This document shows positions 29,266-38,583 of a DNA stretch of 44,129 nucleotides, one piece after another (within the stretch, counting starts at the first letter, position 1; each line of letters begins with the position of its first letter). A model generated the notes under the pieces. That model was not told the DNA's origin. It worked only from the letters and a program-made list of their open reading frames with translations, and did not search any database. The translations under genes were made by a program, and so were the position numbers. This DNA comes from Candidatus Shapirobacteria bacterium (lineage in GTDB: Bacteria; Patescibacteriota; Microgenomatia; UBA12405), in the NCBI GenBank assembly GCA_037142555.1, contig JBAXAJ010000006.1, positions 1-44,129 on the forward strand. The letters run 5' to 3'.

Positions 29266-29744
29266 TACACGATTTTATCAAGAATTATTTTCAATGTTTC
29301 TTCAGGACTTTGATTAGTATTATCAATTATTTCTCCAAAAGATGGCTTATGAATTCCAATTCCATAATGATATTTAATTCTTTTTATTTCTAGCTCGTTT
29401 AGTTCTCTTGTACCTCTGTTTGTCAAAGCTTTTTCAATTTTTGGGGCCAATGTAAAAACTGAAATTTCATCTTTTAAATCTTTCAAATTTTCCATCAGAT
29501 AATCATAATTTTCTAAAGATAAAGGATAGGGAACTATCACATTGAAACCCAATTCCACATAATTCTTAACCAAACTTACTGCATTTTTTAAATTTATAGG
29601 AATAATTTCACCAATTGGCATCCAATCCAAAAATTCATGGAATCTATCAATTTCTAAAATTGCACAATTTCCAATCTTTTTAGCCAACAATTTAGCAATA
29701 GTCGATTTTCCTGAATTAATTGACCCGTTTATGAAAATAATCAT
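29265..29744 (-). CDS. P-loop (AAA_33 / nucleoside-kinase-like) protein
   Basis: INGSINSGKST Walker A; IDNTNQSPEET C-terminus. Confidence 0.8.
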   Translation of the reverse strand: MIIFINGSINSGKSTIAKLLAKKIGNCAILEIDRFHEFLDWMPIGEIIPINLKNAVSLVKNYVELGFNVIVPYPLSLENYDYLMENLKDLKDEISVFTLAPKIEKALTNRGTRELNELEIKRIKYHYGIGIHKPSFGEIIDNTNQSPEETLKIILDKIV

Positions 29745-29756
29745 AAAGAAATTATA

Positions 29757-30593
29757 CTATTTTATTTTCTTTACTTTATTCAATTCTAAAAAATTTTGGC
29801 TCGAAACAACTTTTTTACCAGTTTTTTGTTCTAAATCTAATCTTGCACTTTTTGCCACCTGTCCACCTTTCTTGGCCGGAATTTTATTTTTTTCTAAACC
29901 TTTTACCTCCATCGTCTCGGCAATTTGTCGAGTTGAAAGTTCAGCTAGAGCTGTAAAAATTAATTCCGCGTCTGACATATGGTCACGCAAATTTTGAGTC
30001 TTTAGATTTTTTAAATTTTTATGTTCTTTTACTGTCAAATCACTCCATTCTTTATGAATTATATTTGTCAAAATAGCAAACTCGTCTTGCTTTTTAACTT
30101 CATTATTACTCCAATAATCAGTCAGTTTATTTCTAATTTCTTGGCCCATCATTCTTTGTTGAATCCATTGTTCTGGTCGTCCATGTTTTTTCCAAAGATC
30201 ACGAGAACGGTTCAAAGCAATTTCTGGATCATTTATTTCCTTAATTCTTTCATAACCAACTTTAGCCAGCCATAATTTAACTGGTTCAGCCTTTGGAGAG
30301 GGAACTGACTGAATTAATCGAAGAATAGTTTCAACATTTGCAACATCAGTTAAATAAAATTTTCCATCAGAAGATTTCATTTTCAGTTGGTCACAATTTG
30401 TGACCAACTGACTTCCTTCAATTTTAAGACGGTTTTTAAGTGTAGTCCAATAACTTTTAGCTTTTTTAAAATCTTTTTGATCGGTTAAAACTGCAATAAT
30501 ATCAATTACCGAAAAATACCATAATTCTTTTTTTGCATCATAAACACGACGAATTTTAAAATCTTCAAAAATTGCTAAATAGTTATTATTCAT
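29757..30593 (-). CDS. Bro-N domain protein (phage antirepressor-like)
   Basis: IRRVYD...WYFSVIDII, LKMKSSDGKFYLTDVA, IQSVPSPKAEP, NLRDHM. Confidence 0.88.
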   Translation of the reverse strand: MNNNYLAIFEDFKIRRVYDAKKELWYFSVIDIIAVLTDQKDFKKAKSYWTTLKNRLKIEGSQLVTNCDQLKMKSSDGKFYLTDVANVETILRLIQSVPSPKAEPVKLWLAKVGYERIKEINDPEIALNRSRDLWKKHGRPEQWIQQRMMGQEIRNKLTDYWSNNEVKKQDEFAILTNIIHKEWSDLTVKEHKNLKNLKTQNLRDHMSDAELIFTALAELSTRQIAETMEVKGLEKNKIPAKKGGQVAKSARLDLEQKTGKKVVSSQNFLELNKVKKIK

Positions 30594-30661
30594 ACAAAAA
30601 TAATACTCTGCTATTAAAGCTTGTCAATGACTAAAACCGAAGAAAAGGCGAAGCAGTGTTT

Positions 30662-31381
30662 TTAATAAACGGTTACTTTTGATTTTAGTGGAGTATAGTC
30701 ATAAATCCACTTTGCATCAGTCTTGCTAGCAATATTGATACAACCATGGCTGGCGCGACTGTAGCCATAACTGTTAAAGTCTGCAGAGTAATGAACATAC
30801 ATACCTGGGTCAAACATAACACTCCATGGCATTATGCCTGGTCCATATCGTTTTGAATCAGGATTTGGATCTTTGTTATAGACACTATAATTACCTTCAT
30901 TGCTTTGATGCACCCGATAGTTGCCATTTATGTCAGTTGTGAAACCTCCAACTCGAACATCGAAAGTTTTTATTAGGACACCATCCTTATGTATTCTTAA
31001 TTTACGCTCAGCTTTACTCACACATAGACGGATCCCACTATTCTTACATTCTGCAGGAATTGGATTTTCTGGCATATAAGTGCTCTTAAGTGCTTTCCAG
31101 GTTATACTCCCAACGATTGCATCATCACCAATATGGCGAGCCCGTTGATAATTCAAAACAGCATTGGCAGTTCCAACACCAAAATCACCATCAATTGACA
31201 GACTGTAAAAACCTCGACTCTTAAGAAGAGTTTGTAATTGCTTAACACATTCACCTTTAGATTTATATTTAAGGGTGACACTAGAACAATCAGCCGCATT
31301 CGCGCTTGATATGTTGATTGTTGAAACAAACAAAATAACAATTAAGAAGAATAATGATTTAAATATTGAAGATTTTTTCAT
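30662..31381 (-). CDS. Secreted L,D-transpeptidase (YkuD) with a peptidoglycan-binding domain
   Basis: Signal peptide, DGDFGVGT..AV..YQ (PG_binding_1), H...SHGCIN catalytic motif. Confidence 0.9.
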   Translation of the reverse strand: MKKSSIFKSLFFLIVILFVSTINISSANAADCSSVTLKYKSKGECVKQLQTLLKSRGFYSLSIDGDFGVGTANAVLNYQRARHIGDDAIVGSITWKALKSTYMPENPIPAECKNSGIRLCVSKAERKLRIHKDGVLIKTFDVRVGGFTTDINGNYRVHQSNEGNYSVYNKDPNPDSKRYGPGIMPWSVMFDPGMYVHYSADFNSYGYSRASHGCINIASKTDAKWIYDYTPLKSKVTVY

Positions 31382-31461
31382 ACACAAATTATATCACTTT
31401 ATATCAAAACTACCATAGAATAGGGTGTAGGCGAGTCTGGAACCATTCTGCCCCTATAACT

Positions 31462-31920
31462 TTATTTTTTAATATCTTTAAATTGTCCCAATATTTTCTC
31501 TTTTAAAATGCCTGTTTCTATTAATATTTTATAACCAGAATCTTTAGCTAAATCTCTCATTAATATTTTTCTAGGCCGTAAAAAATTAGATAAATCATCT
31601 CTTGTTAAACCAACAACTACCTTTGGAATTTTTGCTTGGAAAAGGGCTGCGGCACACATAGAACAAGGTTCATTGGTGCAATAAATTGTACAGTCATTAA
31701 GTTCATTTCTTTTTAATTTTTTACATGCTTTTCTTAAAGCAAGCATTTCAGCATGATCAGTTACATCACCACCAGTGATATTTTCACATTTTCCTTTTCC
31801 AACGACTTTATTACCACAAACAACAATTACACCAAAAGGGAGATCACCAAGTTTTTTAGCTATTTTTGCTTGTTCTAAAGCTAATTCCATATATTTTTCT
31901 GTTATCAACTTTGATTTCAT
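31462..31920 (-). CDS. Zn-dependent nucleoside/nucleobase deaminase (TadA/guanine deaminase-like)
   Basis: PFG, HAE, EPCSMC. Confidence 0.88.
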   Translation of the reverse strand: MKSKLITEKYMELALEQAKIAKKLGDLPFGVIVVCGNKVVGKGKCENITGGDVTDHAEMLALRKACKKLKRNELNDCTIYCTNEPCSMCAAALFQAKIPKVVVGLTRDDLSNFLRPRKILMRDLAKDSGYKILIETGILKEKILGQFKDIKK

Positions 31921-31976
31921 AGTCAATTCATTTTATCAATAAAAATATTGAAATTACTCGAACAATACACGAAGTG

Positions 31977-32061
31977 CGGAGAGGGAGAGATTCGAACTCT
32001 CGGTGCCTTGCGACACACACGCTTTCCAAGCGTGCGCACTAGACCACTATGCGACCCCTCC
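31977..32061 (-). tRNA. tRNA-Ser(GGA), CCA not encoded
   Basis: GGAGGGG/CCTCTCC acceptor stem, CACGC-TTGGAAA-GCGTG, long variable arm, TTCGAAT. Confidence 0.96.
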
Positions 32062-32074
32062 TAATTTTCAAATT

Positions 32075-32137
32075 GCACTAGACCACTACTTGTCCGTCCG
32101 TAGCCTTGGCGAAGGAGGGTGCGACCCCTCCTAATTT
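32075..32137 (-). repeat. Duplicated tRNA-Ser 5' fragment interrupted by a 31-bp palindromic element
   Basis: 32075-32088 plus 32120-32137 equals 32036-32067; insert cttgtccgtccgtagccttggcgaaggaggg. Confidence 0.9.
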
Positions 32138-32153
32138 GTAGGCTTATTATATC

Positions 32154-32420
32154 TTATTTATCTCCATCTTCCATATGAGGCTCAGATATTCGCCACATTT
32201 CATCCACTATTTCTGCCGCTTCTCGAATCTTTTCTGCTGCTCTAACCCCCAATTCACTTAATTTTGGTCTATCTTTTACCTTATCTTTTATCGCTTGAAA
32301 TTCTAAACCATCAGACATTCCATCCAAAAACTTTCCTAGACTATCATATCTTAAAAGACTAGCATCAACCCCAGTTTTTTGAGGACTTTCACCATCAATT
32401 AATTCTTTTTTGTGTGCCAT
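32154..32420 (-). CDS. Small hypothetical protein
   Basis: 88-aa ORF with LRYD.L...D..K.RPKL...MWRISEPHM. Confidence 0.7.
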   Translation of the reverse strand: MAHKKELIDGESPQKTGVDASLLRYDSLGKFLDGMSDGLEFQAIKDKVKDRPKLSELGVRAAEKIREAAEIVDEMWRISEPHMEDGDK

Positions 32421-32441
32421 TTATATTAATAAATTAATATG

Positions 32442-32487
32442 TCTCCCTTTCGTTAAGGGGAGATTCCGATTTATCGGGAGAGGGGTT
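32442..32487. repeat. Composite REP-like palindrome overlapping the NUDIX stop codon
   Basis: TCTCCCTT-tcgtt-AAGGGGAGA followed by TTCCGATTTATCGGGA and GAGGGG. Confidence 0.65.
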
Positions 32488-32977
32488 TGAGTTTATCCAA
32501 TTCTGCCTTTGCCTTCTTTAACAACAACTTTTCGCTATCAAAAGCCAATTTTCCCAGTGCTTCTTCAAAACTAAACCAACTTCTTTCCAACACCATCTCT
32601 GTATCATAATATTTCAAATTGCTTTGTTCAACATATTCCATCAAAAAGAAAGTCACTTTTTTAATGATTTTTCGTCTTTGTTCCTTATCCCAAATTATAT
32701 AATCATTTGAACCTAACTTAGTCACCACTCTAGCTTTAACTCGACCTTCTTCTTCCACTTCTCTAAGTGCTGCTTCTTTCAAAAACTCTCTTTCTTTCAA
32801 ATGGCCCTTTGGAAATTTAAAAATTGAACCGTTATCTTCTCTTCTTTTATTTTTTTGGCTACTAAAATTAGAAATAGTTCTAATCATCAACCAAAAAATC
32901 TTGTTATTCTCAATTTTGTAGACCAATCCACCCGCCGATCTCTCATCATACAATTTTTCTTCAGCTTTAATAACCAT
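32471..32977 (-). CDS. NUDIX hydrolase (Ap4A hydrolase-like)
   Basis: SAGGLVY, FPKGHLKEREFLKEAALREVEEEG. Confidence 0.9.
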   Translation of the reverse strand: MVIKAEEKLYDERSAGGLVYKIENNKIFWLMIRTISNFSSQKNKRREDNGSIFKFPKGHLKEREFLKEAALREVEEEGRVKARVVTKLGSNDYIIWDKEQRRKIIKKVTFFLMEYVEQSNLKYYDTEMVLERSWFSFEEALGKLAFDSEKLLLKKAKAELDKLKPLSR

Positions 32978-33006
32978 AGCCTATTATACCTAATATAAAA
33001 TTATTT

Positions 33007-33042
33007 CCCCTCCTTTAAGTCAAAGGAGGGGCAGGGGTGGAT
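33007..33042. repeat. REP-like palindrome overlapping the symporter stop codon
   Basis: CCCCTCCTTT-aagtc-AAAGGAGGGG-caggggtggat. Confidence 0.7.
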
Positions 33043-33926
33043 TTCTTCCTCTCTACAAAAAACTGAATCGGAATTAACATCAAATTATTAGTGATAGTGT
33101 AGATTATTGATGGCAAGGCCACCACTGGATTGAACATCGACAAAGCCACCAAAGTTCCCAAAGTATAGTTTTTATAGCTGGCCGTGATTGCCAAAGCAAT
33201 TTTTTCTTCTTTCTTCTTACCGATTTTCCAACCTATCACAAAATTAATTAACATCAAAACAGCGATGAAAAACATTAAGAGTAGAGAATTTTGCCAATTA
33301 AGCAAAATAGTTTCTCGAAGTGGTGCAATTATCCCAATAATTATTAAAAATAATAGCAAAGTTGATAGATTTGAACTTTCCCTAATTAATAAATTAACTT
33401 TTCCAGTCATTCTGACTAGAACTGCCGCCACTATTGGCACTAAAACCAACCATAAAATTGTTGATCCCATCTGTAAAGTGTCAATTTTTATGCTCGTTCT
33501 GGCAAAAATGAAGACTAAAAATGGAACTGTAAATGGACTCAATGCATTCGAAACTGATGAAGCCACTAGTGGCAAAGTTGCTTCACCACCTAAAATTTTT
33601 GACAAAAAGACCGAACTTCTTCCAACTGGAATCGCCGAAGCCAATATTAATCCTAAAAATAATTCATCACTCAAAAATGGTCTCAAAAATAGCACCAAAA
33701 TTGGTCCTAATAGTTGAGACAGAAGAATTATTATGGCTTGTTTTTTGAAATTTACTAAACTATTTTTTAATTCTTTTAAATCAATGTCCAAACAACTCAA
33801 AAACATTATTCCCATCAAGAAATAGTTCAAAAATGGTTTAAGTTTGAATCCAACTGCTGGCCACAAAAAACTAATAAAAATTGCTATTAAGATTAAAAGC
33901 CAAGTATTTTTTCTAATAAAATTCAT
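33015..33926 (-). CDS. Bile acid:sodium symporter family transporter
   Basis: About nine TM helices, GIMFLS, GLILASAIP, GGEATL, KNYTLG. Confidence 0.82.
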   Translation of the reverse strand: MNFIRKNTWLLILIAIFISFLWPAVGFKLKPFLNYFLMGIMFLSCLDIDLKELKNSLVNFKKQAIIILLSQLLGPILVLFLRPFLSDELFLGLILASAIPVGRSSVFLSKILGGEATLPLVASSVSNALSPFTVPFLVFIFARTSIKIDTLQMGSTILWLVLVPIVAAVLVRMTGKVNLLIRESSNLSTLLLFLIIIGIIAPLRETILLNWQNSLLLMFFIAVLMLINFVIGWKIGKKKEEKIALAITASYKNYTLGTLVALSMFNPVVALPSIIYTITNNLMLIPIQFFVERKKSTPAPPLT

Positions 33927-35078
33927 TAATTAATTCTCCTGAATAATAGAATTCATAGGCTAAACGTCCAAAACTATATTCAGTCTTATCAATTTTAACA
34001 GTTGAACCACCAATCTTTGGGTTAGCATTTGGTTTTGATTGGGGGAAACCAACATTAAAAAGAGTTCCCACAATTTCTGGTCTAGAGCTGATATCGTAAC
34101 CAGCATCTTTCCATTGCTTCATCATTTGTTTCAAATATAAAGCTCCATAGAGATAATTATAATAATGGCTGTTTTCAGTCAAACGGGCATATCTTTGTCC
34201 ACCCAAATTTTCTTGGCTTGGATAATCCAACATATTTTCATATTCTGCCCCTAAATAATAAGGTGAGTTTTTATCTTTTAAATGTTTTTCAACATCCATG
34301 GCTGTTTGTTCTTTAATTGCCATCACTCCCAGTGAAATCTTATTAGAATTAGACAAAATTTTTAGAGGTTCAAAATATTTCTTATAGAGTTCTCTTTGAG
34401 AATAAAAAATTCTTAATTGTTCGACCATCAAATTAGAAACAATTAATCTTGGTTCAATTTTAGCCACCGCTGCTGCCTTATCGATTAAATATTTATCTTT
34501 TGAGATTGATGCAGCCACAACTTCCCATTCTTTTTTATCAGGCCAAACTAACAAATTTGGCTGTCAGTATCTTTAATTTGAGTTTCAATGTCAGCTTCCA
34601 AAATACCCTTATTAGAAAAATTATCAACACAAATTTTGACATTTTTATCATAAGAATCTTTGTCAACTAAATGAGTTTCCAAAGCAAAAATCATTTGTGA
34701 AAAAATATAATCAGAATTATTTATTTTTCTAGTTTGTAAAATCTTTTTAACATTTTTAGGGGATATATAAGTCAATTCTTCTAGTGAACAAAGATTTTTA
34801 ATCTTTATATCTCTCAATTTTGTCAATCTTTCAATATCTGAATCTATGGCTAATTTCCCTGAATCAGAAGCAATTTGACTAGTCGCTCCCAAAATTTGAT
34901 TCTGATTATTTTGTTCAAAAACACTACTCAATTTATCAACTTTTCCTGGTACATCAGTCAACTTCAATCTAATAGCAAAAAACACTCCAATAAAAATTAT
35001 TCCTACTAAAGCAAAAATATGTAAAATAACAAAATAAGAAACCTTAAAAAGCTTTTTTGCCTTTGGTTTATTAACCAT
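33913..35078 (-). pseudogene. Membrane-anchored protein of about 388 aa split by a frameshift (176-aa and 213-aa pieces)
   Basis: Minus strand CAA ATT TGT TAG; adding one A gives DSQNLLVWPDKKEW. The second ORF has only a TTG start and carries a lysozyme-like E..R...SLG...N..Y.A.YL pattern. Confidence 0.6.
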
Positions 35079-35084
35079 AATATA

Positions 35085-35645
35085 TTATCTTATCAATCCG
35101 AGTGCTTTATACCAAGTATAAGGTTTCTTGCAAACAGGACATTCTTTTGGGGGAGTTTTGCCTTTGTGGACATAACCGCAATTTAGACATTTCCATTCTA
35201 GTTCAGTGTCTTGGTTGTAAAGAGTGTTGGCATCAATATGTTTAGCCAAAATTATGTATCTCTCTTCATGTTTTTCTTCAACTTCCTTAACTTCTCGAAA
35301 TAATCTTTCCGCTTCAACATCACCATCAATCTTGGCTTGAGCTTCAAAATTTGGATACATTTCTGTCCATTCGTGTTTTTCACCCTCAGCTGCCATTTTT
35401 AAATTATCAACAGTTTTGTTTGAAAAAGGTGCAATTCCTAGAGTATCTTGGACACTAACTGGCTCTCTAATCATTTCAAACAATTCTTGAGCATGAATTT
35501 TTTCATTATCAGCGGTTTCTTCAAAAACTTGAGCAATCCATTCTAGATTCTCTTTTCGGGCGATCTTGGCAAACATATAATATTTATTTCTGGCTTGGCT
35601 TTCACCAGCAAATGCTTTTAGAAGATTTTGTTGTGTTTGATTCAT
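35085..35645 (-). CDS. rbr: Rubrerythrin
   Basis: AFAGESQA, NEKIH, GEKHE..MY, EEKH, WKCLNCG...CPVC. Confidence 0.96.
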   Translation of the reverse strand: MNQTQQNLLKAFAGESQARNKYYMFAKIARKENLEWIAQVFEETADNEKIHAQELFEMIREPVSVQDTLGIAPFSNKTVDNLKMAAEGEKHEWTEMYPNFEAQAKIDGDVEAERLFREVKEVEEKHEERYIILAKHIDANTLYNQDTELEWKCLNCGYVHKGKTPPKECPVCKKPYTWYKALGLIR

Positions 35646-35702
35646 AATTTATTCTATCACTTTGTCAAAAACTAGGGAATTTGTTAAGATTGGAGACTCT
35701 TT

Positions 35703-37121
35703 ATGATCAACAAAGCCAAATCCATTATTAAAATGCCTGTTTTTAAGGCTCTCTTCACTCTCGCCATTCCTATCATCATGGCAAATCTTTTTCAGGCCAT
35801 GTATCAGTTAACCGATTCTTTTTGGGTTGGTCGCCTAGGTGGAAGTGCTCTGGCTGCTGTTTCTATTTGTACCCCAATCATCTTTTTTGCTTTTTCAATA
35901 GGGATTGGTCTAGCCATTGCCGGTTCTACTTTTGTAGCCCAATATTTTGGAGCTAAAAATCATAAGATGGTCGGTCATGCTGCTGCTCAAACTATTTTAA
36001 TGATGATTTCCATTTCTATCCTATTTAGCATCATCGGTCTGATTTTTTCTTCCAAAATTCTTCACCTAATGGGTGCTAATCCAGAAATTTTTGACATGGC
36101 TCTCGGATTCCTAAGAGTTTCTTTCATCTCTATAATTGCCAACTTCTCTTTCTTTATCTTTCAATCAATCATGAGGGGGATTGGTCGTCCTATTGTCCCT
36201 GTTTACATCGTTATTCTGACTGTTTTATTAAATTTTGCTCTTGATCCACTTTTCATTTTTGGTTATGGCCCAATTCCTGCTTTTGGTCCAATGGGTGCTG
36301 CCGTTGCCACTCTTATGACTCAGCTTTTGGCTGCAACTATTGGTTTCAAAATTCTTTTTGGAGGCAAACATGGAATTCACCTAAAACTTGCCGATTTCAC
36401 CCCTGATTTTAAATTCATTAAAAAAGCTTTTTCTATTGGTCTTCCAGCTTCAGTTGAACAATCTTCTCGAAGTCTAGCTATGATTTTAATGACTTCACTA
36501 GTTGCCAGTTTTGGCACTGTCGCTATTGCTGCCTATGGTGCTGGTTCTAATATAGTTCAAGTTGCTATGTTTGTTGCTATTGGTCTGGCGGTGGCCAATG
36601 GTACTCTAGTTGGTCAAAACATTGGGGCTAAAGATATTAAACAAGCCACCAGAGTTATTAAATTAAGTTCAGTAATTGGTTTCACTTTATTATCAATAAT
36701 TGGTGCCATCGCTTTCATCTTTTCTAAACAATTCATTTCCTTCTTCATTCCAAATGATCTTGCTGTCATCAACACTGCTTCTGTCTATCTTAGAATAATT
36801 TCTCTCAGTTTTGGTCTAATTTCTCTTCAAATGATTTTTGCCAATGTTTTCACTGCCGCTGGCCAGACCAAAACCACCATGAGTTTAACTATATTTTCAC
36901 AATGGATTGTTCAAATTCCACTCGCTTATTTCCTATCTAGATACACTTCTCTTGGACTCCAAGGAGTGTGGCTCTCTTTTTTGATTAACAACATTGTCGT
37001 CACCATAGTTGGCTTCATCATTATTTCTCGTGGTAAATGGAAAGAAGGTCGAATTATTGAAGATAAAAAACTCGTCTGCGAAGTTTCTAAAGAAACTTTA
37101 GTTGAAGAGGGAACTCGTTAA
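35703..37121 (+). CDS. MATE family efflux transporter
   Basis: 12 TM helices, DSFWVGRLG, AQYFGA, NFALDPLFIFG, GQNIGA. Confidence 0.95.
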   Translation: MINKAKSIIKMPVFKALFTLAIPIIMANLFQAMYQLTDSFWVGRLGGSALAAVSICTPIIFFAFSIGIGLAIAGSTFVAQYFGAKNHKMVGHAAAQTILMMISISILFSIIGLIFSSKILHLMGANPEIFDMALGFLRVSFISIIANFSFFIFQSIMRGIGRPIVPVYIVILTVLLNFALDPLFIFGYGPIPAFGPMGAAVATLMTQLLAATIGFKILFGGKHGIHLKLADFTPDFKFIKKAFSIGLPASVEQSSRSLAMILMTSLVASFGTVAIAAYGAGSNIVQVAMFVAIGLAVANGTLVGQNIGAKDIKQATRVIKLSSVIGFTLLSIIGAIAFIFSKQFISFFIPNDLAVINTASVYLRIISLSFGLISLQMIFANVFTAAGQTKTTMSLTIFSQWIVQIPLAYFLSRYTSLGLQGVWLSFLINNIVVTIVGFIIISRGKWKEGRIIEDKKLVCEVSKETLVEEGTR

Positions 37122-37135
37122 TATATAATATAAAC

Positions 37136-37501
37136 ATGTCTTTTAAAAAAATATTTTTACCTCTATTTTTAGTCTTTGGAACCATTTTCGCCTTCATTAT
37201 TTCTTTTGGTAAAGCAGACACAGAAGAAACTAAAGTAGAACCAGCCGCAAAGGTTGGTTTCAATTCTTCAAATCAAAAAAATCAAGATAAAAGTTCTCTG
37301 AATCCGCTTAATCTTCAAAAACTCAGTGTTTTGCCACAACGCTGCATTGGTTGTGGAAAATGTGTTCAAATCGATCCATCTCATTTTGAATTAAGTTCCA
37401 CCACTGGCAAAGCAACCATCATTTCTTCAACTAATCTAAATTCCCAAAAACTCGCTATCGCTATCAATAATTGCCCTGTTAGCGCAATTGTTCTAGAATA
37501 G
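37136..37501 (+). CDS. Membrane-anchored single-cluster ferredoxin
   Basis: N-terminal TM helix; CIGCGKC...NCPVSAI. Confidence 0.8.
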   Translation: MSFKKIFLPLFLVFGTIFAFIISFGKADTEETKVEPAAKVGFNSSNQKNQDKSSLNPLNLQKLSVLPQRCIGCGKCVQIDPSHFELSSTTGKATIISSTNLNSQKLAIAINNCPVSAIVLE

Positions 37502-37504
37502 GCC

Positions 37505-37822
37505 ATGAATAACTACTATTTTTTACTAATATCTTTTCTAGTTTTTGATCTCTATTTCATTTCTAGTTATCTAGTTAAAAACCAAAAAATTTCTCTTCTA
37601 ACTCATCGTCGTATTTGGAACATTGTTTTACTCGTTTCCTTCTTAATCACAGCAATCCTAGGCTTAACTCTAGCCATATTTATTGACTTAAAACTGTCAG
37701 TTTTATGGTACAAATCAATGCTTTGGTTCCATGTCGAAGCCGGAATAATAATGGCCATGGTTTCTATTTTCCATCTTATCTGGCATCTTCCTTATTACCT
37801 TTCGATTCTGAAAAAGAAATAA
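37505..37822 (+). CDS. DUF4405-like small membrane protein with His residues in TM helices
   Basis: Three TM helices, WFHVEAG...FHLIWH. Confidence 0.7.
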   Translation: MNNYYFLLISFLVFDLYFISSYLVKNQKISLLTHRRIWNIVLLVSFLITAILGLTLAIFIDLKLSVLWYKSMLWFHVEAGIIMAMVSIFHLIWHLPYYLSILKKK

Positions 37823-37823
37823 T

Positions 37824-38531
37824 TTAATCAACATTAATACTAGGTGGCAAATGTCTTTTGTGTTCTGAATTTTCAATCATTTTCTTAATTTTAGTTTCAA
37901 TCTCAGACTCAACTTTTTCTCCTTGCAAAAAAGCATCTAATTCTTGATAGCTGAAACCAAAATCATCTTCATCATTTTGGCCTATTAACAATCCAGCCGT
38001 TGGTTTCTTATTAATTAATATTTCTGGAACTCCCAAAAACCTAGCTAAAGCCCAAACTTCAGTTTTGAACAAGTCAGCAATTGGTTCATAATCACAAGCT
38101 CCATCCCCAAATTTTGTGAAATAACCAAGTGCCATTTCTGATTTATTTGTTGTTCCAATCACTAATCCATCGTGCAAGTTAGAAAAAAGATATAAATTGA
38201 TCATTCTCACTCGTGATTTAATATTAGCCAAAACTGTTTCTTCTTCGGTTTTTTTAAATTGATTAACCGCTTCAAAAATGTTTATAGTTTCCGATTTTAT
38301 ACCTAAATGTTTAATCAACATTTCCGAATCAGCAATGTCAATTTGTTCTCCATAAGGCATTAAAATTGCAAAAACATTTTCTTTCCCTAATGCTTCAACA
38401 CAAAGTGTCGCCACCAAAGCGCTGTCAATTCCACCAGAAACTCCAATTATTGCCTTTTTTGAACCTACAAATTTTCGGATTTCTTTAACAAGAATTTCCT
38501 TAACTTTATTAAAATCTAAATTTCTTTTCAT
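37824..38531 (-). CDS. nadE: NH3-dependent NAD+ synthetase
   Basis: GVSGGIDS, NIKSRVRM, TTNKSE..GYFTKFGDG, DLFKTEV, KHLPP-like end. Confidence 0.96.
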   Translation of the reverse strand: MKRNLDFNKVKEILVKEIRKFVGSKKAIIGVSGGIDSALVATLCVEALGKENVFAILMPYGEQIDIADSEMLIKHLGIKSETINIFEAVNQFKKTEEETVLANIKSRVRMINLYLFSNLHDGLVIGTTNKSEMALGYFTKFGDGACDYEPIADLFKTEVWALARFLGVPEILINKKPTAGLLIGQNDEDDFGFSYQELDAFLQGEKVESEIETKIKKMIENSEHKRHLPPSINVD

Positions 38532-38583
38532 AATTTTATCTTTATCTATTTTACACTTTCAATTAAAGGTAAAATGAAACAAG

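Noticed and set aside
31420-31460. GC-rich imperfect hairpin ending in ...CTATAAC as a possible integron attC site
   Set aside because: Single copy, no matching RYYYAAC/GTTRRRY pair, no integrase; more likely a terminator or degenerate repeat.
21928-31976. Accessory-gene run downstream of the tRNA-Ser(GGA) 3' end as an integrated island or prophage (includes a Bro-N gene)
   Set aside because: No integrase, no phage structural genes, and I found no duplicated tRNA 3' end.
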